From positions 16,463-80,462 of the forward strand of contig CAZMIM010000003.1 of the NCBI GenBank assembly GCA_964566505.1: 64,000 bases of DNA, in the 5' to 3' direction. The translations under genes and the position numbers were made by a program. This DNA is from an uncultured Candidatus Saccharibacteria bacterium. Its GTDB lineage: Bacteria; Patescibacteriota; Minisyncoccia; Phycocordibacterales; PCTT01. Each line of letters begins with the position of its first letter. Within the stretch, counting starts at the first letter, position 1. Shown here piece by piece: positions 40,579-48,180 of the stretch. The notes beneath the pieces are model-generated. The model worked only from the letters and a program-made list of their open reading frames with translations. It ran no database searches and was not told the DNA's origin.

Positions 40579-40694
40579 AGCGGGTTTTCTTGTACACATA
40601 GACATTTACCGTTTTTGGTTGTGTTATTTCTAAGTTACAGTATACTTACACACATTGCCTTTATTATCAGATTAAAACGGGGCAAGAAAATTAC

Positions 40695-40976
40695 ATGGAA
40701 GAAAGAAAAATGTTTTCAGGTGATTGGAGCTGTGCAAGCTGTGACACCAAAATTAGCGAGTTACCATTTGAGCCTCGTGATACAAGTAATCTCCTTTGTC
40801 GAGATTGTCATCGCGCACAGAGAGCTGACCGACCACGAAAAGAGCGCACTATGTTCCAAGGATCATGGACATGCGCAGGGTGTAACGGAGCTATCACTGA
40901 ACTCCCATTCCAACCTCGAGATGAGAGTAACCTTAAGTGTCGCGATTGTTTCAAGAAAGAAAAGGGATTTGTTTAA
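40695..40976 (+). CDS. tandem CxxC-x18-CxxC zinc-ribbon protein
   Basis: Two internal repeats of MF.G.W.CA.C...ITELPF.PRD.SNL.CRDC. The overlapping 136-aa ORF in another frame is taken as spurious. Confidence 0.6.
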   Translation: MEERKMFSGDWSCASCDTKISELPFEPRDTSNLLCRDCHRAQRADRPRKERTMFQGSWTCAGCNGAITELPFQPRDESNLKCRDCFKKEKGFV

Positions 40977-40988
40977 AGCAAAACAAAA

Positions 40989-41019
40989 AACCACTCATGT
41001 GAGTGGTTTTTTGTTTTTT
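40989..41019. terminator. bidirectional terminator AACCACTCA-TGT-GAGTGGTT with T-run
   Basis: A-run, 9-bp stem, T12 run; between convergent genes. Confidence 0.75.
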
Positions 41020-41032
41020 GAATAAGCGGATA

Positions 41033-41938
41033 TTATTTGAATATTGCAGAACCAGAATCAAATTTGAGATCAAAAATCAGGTTTCCTTTACTGGTGAAGA
41101 AAAATGACTGTATTTCAGACAATAGAGACACAAATTCGTTTTCTTGAGAGTCAGCACAATACTTTTTTGTCATAGCTATATTTTCGTCAAAAGAAATAGT
41201 ATTTTCATTGCTAGTGTATGAACCGCTTAGAAGGTTACAGTCTGTGGTTGCAGAAAATGTACCATCTTCATTAAAAGTGATGGTAAATGCGTCAATATCG
41301 TTTGGGGTAACTACCGTATCGTTGTTGTATTGTGTTTCTAGCCACGTCCATGATTTCATTGAGATTGTCATGATGTTTGTGTCTGCTTCTCCTTCAAAAT
41401 TGGGTTCTACAATAGCCCACTGCATACTTTCTGGGTCGAGCTTGAGATATGCACTTTTGCCTATAGAAGGTTGTGTCGCCATTGATTCACTTGGAGCACG
41501 GTCTGCGTAATTTATAACAACTACATTTTTATGCTGCGGGTTTTGACTTAGGTTTGTGCTTTGTGGAGCGATTCTGTCACCAAGAAAATATCCATCTGAT
41601 CCAACATATCCATTTTCTGTATTGAGCGCAGCAACTGCGTAATAGAATGTACCACTTCCGCCAGTTTGTTGTGTAAGGAGAAATACAACATCCTCTCTAT
41701 CATCATTGTTTAAATCAGTGAAAAGTTCATTTCCGAAGTATGTAGTTATTATTGAAGCAGATGAATTTTCTGTATGGGTTTCCGATACTCCATTTTTTAG
41801 GATAACTTCGTTTTCCTCGATAAGATATGCGGTGTTTTTGTAATCCTGTGCCTGTGTATCTGGCTTACCAAAGTGCCACAACAGTAGGCCAAACAAAACA
41901 ATAATAAGTACTGATACCAGCATTTTTTGATTTTTCAT
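41033..41938 (-). CDS. secreted protein with C-terminal META (HslJ-like, DUF306) domain
   Basis: N-terminal signal anchor; C-terminal ...TTDCNLLSGSYTSNENTISFDENIAMTKKYCADSQENEFVSLLSEI fits the META domain pattern. Confidence 0.45.
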   Translation of the reverse strand: MKNQKMLVSVLIIVLFGLLLWHFGKPDTQAQDYKNTAYLIEENEVILKNGVSETHTENSSASIITTYFGNELFTDLNNDDREDVVFLLTQQTGGSGTFYYAVAALNTENGYVGSDGYFLGDRIAPQSTNLSQNPQHKNVVVINYADRAPSESMATQPSIGKSAYLKLDPESMQWAIVEPNFEGEADTNIMTISMKSWTWLETQYNNDTVVTPNDIDAFTITFNEDGTFSATTDCNLLSGSYTSNENTISFDENIAMTKKYCADSQENEFVSLLSEIQSFFFTSKGNLIFDLKFDSGSAIFK

Positions 41939-41941
41939 ATT

Positions 41942-42169
41942 TTATTTTTTGTATATATCAATAATTCGGTATACGACAATCGGGAGCCATACTAAAAAGC
42001 TTGCAAGTCCTATGATGAAGAATGTTGCGGTTGCTTTATAAAAGTTTTCTGCCTCGTGCATAAACCAGATTGAAACCAAGAGAGACAGCGCGCACAAAAG
42101 CATAAAAGAGAGAAACATTCGAAGTGATATTCTCTCTATCTTTTGTATTTTTTCACTCAATTTAATCAT
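41942..42169 (-). CDS. small membrane protein, hypothetical
   Basis: 75 aa, two TM helices. Confidence 0.35.
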   Translation of the reverse strand: MIKLSEKIQKIERISLRMFLSFMLLCALSLLVSIWFMHEAENFYKATATFFIIGLASFLVWLPIVVYRIIDIYKK

Positions 42170-42243
42170 GTGTGTATTATAACAAAAAAAGAAAACCCCC
42201 AGGATAGGGGGTAAAAATTTTTAGTCGTAATAGGAACTAATTA

Positions 42244-42366
42244 CTATTTTCGTTTCTTTTTCTCTGCTTTTTTCGCAAGCATTTCTCTTTTTGCAGCAAG
42301 TCTTTTTGCCGTCTTTTTTGATCGTGGCTTACTTCTTTTTCCAAGACCTGTACTTCTTTTTGCCAT
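42244..42366 (-). CDS. very basic 40-aa protein (MAKRSTGLGKRSKPRSKKTAKRLAAKREMLAKKAEKKKRK), ribosomal-protein-like
   Basis: Not in the ORF track because it is under 60 aa. Has its own terminator hairpin (CCCCC-AGGATA-GGGGG plus T-run on the minus strand) at 42191-42225 and lies upstream of csp. Confidence 0.35.
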   Translation of the reverse strand: MAKRSTGLGKRSKPRSKKTAKRLAAKREMLAKKAEKKKRK

Positions 42367-42439
42367 AATTATTTATTATTTCTTTTGTAAAAATATATAT
42401 TAACAAATAAAAGCAGTTATAGAACTGCTTTTATTTACT

Positions 42440-42640
42440 TTATGCTCGACTTACTTTTACTGCGTTTGGTCCTTTTGGACCATCTGCAACTTCAAATGTT
42501 ACTTCATCTCCTGTGTTCAACTCATCGAATGATACTCCATCAAGTTCGTTTGAGTGAAAGAAAAGGTTTTTATCAAAACCTTCTCGAGAAATGAATCCGT
42601 AACCTTTGTCTGTAAGGCCGTCAATTACTCCTTTTTCCAT
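42440..42640 (-). CDS. cold-shock domain protein (CspA family)
   Basis: KGYGFISREG (RNP1-like), FFHSNEL (RNP2-like), GPKGPNAVKV tail. Confidence 0.8.
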   Translation of the reverse strand: MEKGVIDGLTDKGYGFISREGFDKNLFFHSNELDGVSFDELNTGDEVTFEVADGPKGPNAVKVSRA

Positions 42641-42850
42641 TGTTTTAGAACTAAATTAATAAAATTTCAAACAAAACCAGAAATTAAACTAAAAAGCTCT
42701 AACCAAGTTGTTATTTGAGGTTGTATAATACGACGAACTATTTTAATAGTCAAGATTATTTATTTTGAACATTGGTTAAATATGTTGACTTGTTTTCTAT
42801 AGATATGTAGTATTTTGTTGAGTTTTTGTACCACCAAACTAAATACAATA

Positions 42851-43312
42851 ATGGAAAAGACCAAAATACAGTGGCGCAAGCCTGCTGAGAAGCTCATCAT
42901 GACATTGGTCGCGTTGTGGCTAATGACATGGTTCCCCGGGTATCTTGCGAACACTTCACTGGTTGAGTCTGCGGTAGAAGACGCTGTTGCTTGGGCAGCT
43001 CCTGAAGAGGAGATGGCTGAAGCTCGGGTAGAAATACCGCTTGCAGACAGCTCATTTTTGGGCCGTACCAGGCGTATGGCAGAGAATGCATGGAATGCTA
43101 CAAGCGAGACTCTTGAGAGCGGTGTAGAGGCTGTGCATAGGGGAACATACTCGGGTATGGAGATACTGCTTCGCGGAATTCTCAAGATGCTCGTTTTTGC
43201 AACAGCATTTGTGGGACTTCTGTTGGTTGCGTATCTCAATGCGCAAGAGTTCATCCCATCGTTTTTCTTGGACTTTCTATTTTCTATTTTCAAGAGAGCT
43301 TTTGTCGGCTAG
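42851..43312 (+). CDS. membrane protein, hypothetical
   Basis: Two TM helices flanking a soluble loop. Confidence 0.35.
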   Translation: MEKTKIQWRKPAEKLIMTLVALWLMTWFPGYLANTSLVESAVEDAVAWAAPEEEMAEARVEIPLADSSFLGRTRRMAENAWNATSETLESGVEAVHRGTYSGMEILLRGILKMLVFATAFVGLLLVAYLNAQEFIPSFFLDFLFSIFKRAFVG

Positions 43313-43388
43313 CTTACAAAAACCCCGCTGAATTCAAATGAATTCAGCGGGGTTAAGCATTGGTCGTAAAATATAGTATAGTTGTTAT

Positions 43389-44162
43389 ATGAAAAAAATA
43401 CTTATTTATACATTTATCACATCGCTTTTCTTTATTTCGGTTCAAAATGTAGAAGCAGAAGAATATGAGATTGGTAAATATACAGTGATTATCGAAGAGA
43501 GTTGTGATCGTTCTATTTATATTATGACCGATGTTGTAAGAGACAGCTCTGGTTCAGATACGTGGCGTATTGTGTGTGAGCTTCATAAAGATGGAGAGGC
43601 TCATAAGGGAATAAATATATTTAATCTAGAAGAAATAATTCAAGCAAAAGAGAAAAGCGAAAAAGGTTGGTCACAAAAGAATGAAACAGAGGAAACAGAA
43701 GATGTAGAAGAAGAGAAAGTAGAAGAAGGGGGATTTTCTATCTGGATACAAGACATGACAACAGGTGTATCTTCTTTTATTTCAGGAGAAATATTGTGTA
43801 AAAATGAAGCCTCAAAACAACCACAAAAGGGGAGTATTGTCTCAATGAGCGGTGATATTTTTATCACAAGAGGTATAAAAATATTCCCTGCGACAGGAAG
43901 CGATGCACTTATTGGTGGAGATATTCTTACAATAAGAGATGAGTCAACAGCTACAATTTTGCTAAATGATACAGGTCAGCTAAAAATAAGTCAGAAAACA
44001 AGGTTTCAGATTCCAAGAGAGCCTTATACATGCGCTCGAAACAAAGCAATCTTTGGAATAAAAAATGGAATCGGAAGTATATGGAATGCACTCAAAGACA
44101 ACCTGAAGGGAGAGAGTTATGAAATAAAAACCCCATCAGGTACTCCAGGCGTAAGAGGGTAG
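43389..44162 (+). CDS. secreted protein with FecR-like C-terminal domain
   Basis: Signal peptide; GDIFITRG...GGDILTIRDESTATILLNDTGQLKISQKTRFQI resembles the FecR domain. Confidence 0.4.
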   Translation: MKKILIYTFITSLFFISVQNVEAEEYEIGKYTVIIEESCDRSIYIMTDVVRDSSGSDTWRIVCELHKDGEAHKGINIFNLEEIIQAKEKSEKGWSQKNETEETEDVEEEKVEEGGFSIWIQDMTTGVSSFISGEILCKNEASKQPQKGSIVSMSGDIFITRGIKIFPATGSDALIGGDILTIRDESTATILLNDTGQLKISQKTRFQIPREPYTCARNKAIFGIKNGIGSIWNALKDNLKGESYEIKTPSGTPGVRG

Positions 44163-44257
44163 AGATACTAGAGTTATACTTCTACTCAAGAGTCGCTTTT
44201 GAGAATATTACATGAAATGTTTTGCAGTATATTACCGCCGTGCCATATAATATATTT

Positions 44258-44833
44258 ATGATAAATAAAATAACAGCAACAAGCTTATTAATAGGTGTCT
44301 TAATTGGTGTTGGAATTGTTTTTTTAAAAAACGATAATCAAATTGATAAAAATAATAAATCATCACAATTAAATAAAGATAATTGTTTATCAGAAGATTG
44401 TTTAATAGTAGATGATTTAGAATATCCAGCCAGCCAACTACCAGCAGACGTTGAACAAGCTCTGTATGAGGCAATTCAAGACGAGTATAAAGCAAGGACT
44501 TTATATGAAGTAACGATAGATAAATTTGGTGCAGTAAGACCTTTTTCAATGATTGTTAGGGCAGAGGAACAACACATAAGTTCTTTAAAATCTATTTATG
44601 ATAAATATGGTTTAGATATTCCTGATCCAGAAAATATATCACTATCTATGCCAGATAAATTATCAGAGGTTTGTCAGATTGGAGTAGATGCTGAAATTGC
44701 AAATGTTAATTTGTACAAAAATGAACTTTTATCAAAGGTTTATGAGTATCCAGATATAACTTCTGTATTCAACAACTTAATGAATGCATCACAGGAAAAA
44801 CATCTCCCAGCTTTCGAGAGATGCGCAAAATAG
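44258..44833 (+). CDS. DUF2202-like ferritin-fold protein, membrane-anchored
   Basis: EALYEAIQDEYKARTLYE...VRAEEQHISSLKSIYDKYG paired E-x-x-H-like helices; markedly AT-rich codon usage. Confidence 0.5.
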   Translation: MINKITATSLLIGVLIGVGIVFLKNDNQIDKNNKSSQLNKDNCLSEDCLIVDDLEYPASQLPADVEQALYEAIQDEYKARTLYEVTIDKFGAVRPFSMIVRAEEQHISSLKSIYDKYGLDIPDPENISLSMPDKLSEVCQIGVDAEIANVNLYKNELLSKVYEYPDITSVFNNLMNASQEKHLPAFERCAK

Positions 44834-44988
44834 ATACTCAATCTTTCTTTCTAGCGCACATACCGTTGAAGGAGTTGTGTTTTGTTGTGAAGCAAAGCTT
44901 CTACTATGGGGTTAGAACTTGTTTCGTGTAAAAGAAAACCGCCCATCCGAAGACGAGCGGTCTTCGAAGAGGGCGGTGTGATTGAATC

Positions 44989-45543
44989 TCACATGTAGTG
45001 TCGGTCTGCGGGTGTCAATTTACGAGACCTTTCATTTACAGGGATTTCTGTCATGTGGTTTCGGATGAAATCCCTTTTGATATCCATTGACCTTGAACGA
45101 ATTTTATCTTCATCCAAGTTTCTACCACCAAGCACTGTTGCAAGAAGACCAAGAGCCTGAGATTCTAATTGTCTTCCGTAGAGATTGTCGTCGAGTCTGG
45201 CTCGATCTCGTGACTCTTGATGAACCAATGGTTCTTTGCAGTCGAGTGCCCAGAACCTTTCCATTGCAACAATGAATGAAGATGCGGACAAGTCTTCAAG
45301 GCTATTTACAAATCTGACAAAATTTGTAGCCTCGGATTCTCCTACATCTTTTTTTATCCCGAGATATATCATCTCGAGAATTTTTGAATTCAGGTCTCCC
45401 AAAGAGGGTGGACGGCCTGCGTAAAATCCACTACGGAACAGGAATTTCCCTTCTGTCCATTCAAGAGAGGCTTCCATTAAAGGCTTGTTCATTGAAATAC
45501 CTTTGATTGTGAGTTGTACAAATTCATGGATATGATACCACAA
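44989..45543 (-). CDS. orphan hypothetical protein in accessory islet (probable start at 45492, MNKPLMEAS)
   Basis: Own promoter-like TAGACA-17-TATCAT upstream and own large terminator hairpin at 44935-44985 on the minus strand; no recognisable domain. Confidence 0.45.
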   Translation of the reverse strand: MWYHIHEFVQLTIKGISMNKPLMEASLEWTEGKFLFRSGFYAGRPPSLGDLNSKILEMIYLGIKKDVGESEATNFVRFVNSLEDLSASSFIVAMERFWALDCKEPLVHQESRDRARLDDNLYGRQLESQALGLLATVLGGRNLDEDKIRSRSMDIKRDFIRNHMTEIPVNERSRKLTPADRHYM

Positions 45544-45680
45544 TATTGTACTTTTGTCTAGCTCCGATGGGTGAGGGAAGTTTATCCCGCGTTTGCGGGG
45601 TTAGAACTTATTTAATAGAAAAAGCCCCTTGATGTTATCTCGGGGCTTCATCCGATTATGTATACCAAATCGGGAAATCT

Positions 45681-45908
45681 TCACTTACAAGCCAAATCCT
45701 TGATACGTCTTTCCTCTTCGTGGGAGACCCCGTCGATAAAGACGACATACATGCCTTGTTTGTAGAGCTTTATGAAGGCCCTCGCGGCACAGAAGAGGCT
45801 TGAGAATCTGCGCTCAAAGTTAGAGCACAGATCGTCGTATCCAAAAACTTTGTACATGACAGTTGTCCTTGTTTGAGTTAATCTGGAAGTCTCCTTATAT
45901 AGTATCAT
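45681..45908 (-). CDS. orphan small hypothetical protein (58-75 aa)
   Basis: Followed on the minus strand by the terminator AGCCCCGAGATAACATCAAGGGGCT plus T-run at 45622-45650; no motif recognised. Confidence 0.35.
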   Translation of the reverse strand: MILYKETSRLTQTRTTVMYKVFGYDDLCSNFERRFSSLFCAARAFIKLYKQGMYVVFIDGVSHEEERRIKDLACK

Positions 45909-45991
45909 AATATATAGTATGTGTCAAGAATTAGGTTCTAACTCCCAATTGGGGTATAAAAAATAACCGCCTTGTTAAGCGATTATTTTCT

Positions 45992-46330
45992 TGGCTCCGC
46001 GGGCGGGATTCGAACCTGCAACCTACCGGTTACACGTATCCTAATATTTCTAAAAGGGGTGGACTATATCATCATCCTCTGAATATTCAGGAGGATGCAA
46101 GGCGCTTCCCAATGTTACGTAATCTGTTACGTAACAAGAGTACTCCCAAAAGGGATAGTCTCTGAACCTTCTTACCTAAATAGGTAAGCTTGGCTGCTGA
46201 TTACCCACGACTTTACGTTTGGGCTTCCAGACAATTCACCTTGTTTTCGACCTACATTTCTGTAGGAAGCTGCTATTTGAAACGAAGTTTCGTGTTACAG
46301 CCGGTTGCTCTACCATTGAGCTACCGCGGA
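45992..46330 (-). tRNA. tRNA gene interrupted by a group I intron in the anticodon loop (intron about 46033-46296); identity Asn(GUU) favoured, Thr(UGU) possible
   Basis: 5' exon TCCGCGGTAGCTCAATGGTAGAGCAACCGGCT(GT) and 3' exon (TAA)CCGGTAGGTTGCAGGTTCGAATCCCGCCCGCGGAGCCA form a full cloverleaf with discriminator G and encoded CCA. The intervening roughly 264 nt carries group I core elements R-like GTTCAGAGACTAT and S-like GATATAGTCC. Confidence 0.8.
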
Positions 46331-46548
46331 ATATTTTTTATCCGCGGTAGCTCAATGGCATCACGGAATATAAAAAGATCACGAACCAATAATGATTCGT
46401 GGGGAAATAGTATCAAAAAAAAGTGGATATTGGAAGCGTGATATAATAGGTACATAACAAGAGTATGTTTTTGGTTTTTGAAAATTTAAACATTTAAAAT
46501 TGTTTAGAAATTAAAAATTGAAAATTAGAAATTGGAACAAAGTGACTT

Positions 46549-46773
46549 ATGTACGTTAAGGTGAGAGTTTATCCAAAAAGCAAGAAAGAAAAAATAGAAG
46601 AAACAGGAGAGAATCGTTTTGATGTGCATGTGAAAGAGCTGGCAAAAGATAATAGAGCAAATGAAAGAATGATAGAAATGATGGCGCGCCACTTTTCAGT
46701 AAATAAAAGTGCCATACGAATTATTAATGGGCATCACAGCCCCTCGAAGTTATTAAGTGTTACTAGCTCATAA
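46549..46773 (+). CDS. DUF167 (YggU/UPF0235) family protein
   Basis: VKVRVYPKSKKEKIEE.G.NRFDVHVKELAKDNRANERMIEMMARHFSV.KSAIRIINGHHSPSKL matches the DUF167 pattern. Confidence 0.65.
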   Translation: MYVKVRVYPKSKKEKIEETGENRFDVHVKELAKDNRANERMIEMMARHFSVNKSAIRIINGHHSPSKLLSVTSS

Positions 46774-46784
46774 CAATATTTACA

Positions 46785-47159
46785 ATGACAAATTTCAATA
46801 TAAAAACTACAAATATCGAAATGACAGACGCAATTAGCTCTTATCTAGACAAGCGTCTTTCAAAGCTTGATAAATTTATGAAAAAGGATGAGCCAGCAGT
46901 AGGGCAGGTAGAGATTGGAACCATTACTCGCGGTCAAAATTCAGGAGATATTTTCCGCGCAGAGATAAACCTTTCTCTTGGTGGACACTCATTCAGAGCT
47001 GAGTCTGAGAAAGATGATTTATATAAGGCAATAGATGATGCACAAGATGAGATGATACGACAGCTTAAGTCATTTAAAAACAAACAACGCTCAATGGAGA
47101 GAAAAGGAGGATATCAGCTAAAGAAACTTCTAAAGTTTAGAGGACGTAAACTTCGTTAA
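46785..47159 (+). CDS. hpf: ribosome hibernation promoting factor (HPF/RaiA/YfiA family)
   Basis: MTNFNIKTTNIEMTDAISSYLDKRLSKLDKF is the typical HPF beta-alpha start; 124 aa. Confidence 0.8.
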   Translation: MTNFNIKTTNIEMTDAISSYLDKRLSKLDKFMKKDEPAVGQVEIGTITRGQNSGDIFRAEINLSLGGHSFRAESEKDDLYKAIDDAQDEMIRQLKSFKNKQRSMERKGGYQLKKLLKFRGRKLR

Positions 47160-47160
47160 T

Positions 47161-47790
47161 ATGTTAGAGAAAGGGAATACAACACTATATGTTATTATCA
47201 GCCTTTTGATTATTGCGGTTGTTGCTGGTGGAGTATGGCTTTTCACACGAGACAAGGGGCAAACCGATGAGGTGGTAGATGATACCGATATTACAATTGA
47301 TATAAACAGTAACACTATGATATTGCATACAAATAAGGGGAAAATAGTTTTGGAGCTATTTAGAGATAACGCTCCAAACACAGTAGAGAACTTTGAAGAG
47401 CTTTCAAAAGCCGGATTTTATGATGGAACACGATTCCACCGAGTTGTTGATGGGTTCATGATTCAAGGTGGTGATCCATTTTCAAAAGATATTTCACTAC
47501 AAGACAGGTGGGGGACAGGAGGCCCAGGATACACATTTGATGATGAGATTTATCCAGAGAACAACAATGCCAGAGGAACTATCTCAATGGCTAATGCTGG
47601 CCCAAACACAAATGGTTCACAATTCTTTATAAACACTGCAGACAACACATTTCTCAATCCAAAGCACACAGTATTTGGGCGAGTAGTAGAGGGAATGGAT
47701 GTAGTAGAAGCTATTAGTAAGTCAGACACCGACCCAGCAGATCGGCCACTCCAAGAAGTAGTAATAGAGAGAGTAGAAGTAGTGCAATAA
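47161..47790 (+). CDS. ppiB: cyclophilin-type peptidyl-prolyl cis-trans isomerase, membrane-anchored
   Basis: HRVVDGFMIQGGDP, GTISMANAGPNTNGSQFFI, and HTVFGRVVEGMDVV motifs; N-terminal TM helix. Confidence 0.88.
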   Translation: MLEKGNTTLYVIISLLIIAVVAGGVWLFTRDKGQTDEVVDDTDITIDINSNTMILHTNKGKIVLELFRDNAPNTVENFEELSKAGFYDGTRFHRVVDGFMIQGGDPFSKDISLQDRWGTGGPGYTFDDEIYPENNNARGTISMANAGPNTNGSQFFINTADNTFLNPKHTVFGRVVEGMDVVEAISKSDTDPADRPLQEVVIERVEVVQ

Positions 47791-47794
47791 AAAA

Positions 47795-47852
47795 AGGACC
47801 AAATCTTACAGGATTTGATCCTCCTTGAAAGCGCTTTCAGAGCGTTTTTTTG
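47795..47852 (+). terminator. tandem hairpins downstream of ppiB (GGACCAAATC-TTACA-GGATTTGATCC; GAAAGCGCTTTC...T7)
   Basis: Imperfect 10-bp stem followed by a palindrome and a T7 run. Confidence 0.5.
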
Positions 47853-48180
47853 GAATCGTGAGCTCTTACGAGGGCAGTTCAAGTTTTTGATGTAGCAAAC
47901 TTCGTGGGTGCTTACTTGAGTGTGGGTGTCGTGTGCACATGGCAGACGATCTTACACCACCTTTTTGTCCTTACGAGACTTGCTACTGTCTCCATGAGTT
48001 TAGTTGGGCAATCGCGTCTGTGTTACCAGCGCGGATGTGTGGCTAATCTCCGGGCATATGAGTATAATAGCATATACTTCATATTTGTCAATACTTTATA
48101 TATTGTCCAACGGCTCAACTTTTTGTATAGCCGCCTGCCTGCCGGCAGGCAGGTTGAAAAGGGCCTTATAGGGCCCTTTT

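Noticed and set aside
40615-41025. 136-aa ORF overlapping the zinc-ribbon gene in another frame
   Set aside because: No motif; the alternative frame encodes a clean tandem CxxC repeat protein with a strong terminator, which is the more parsimonious gene.
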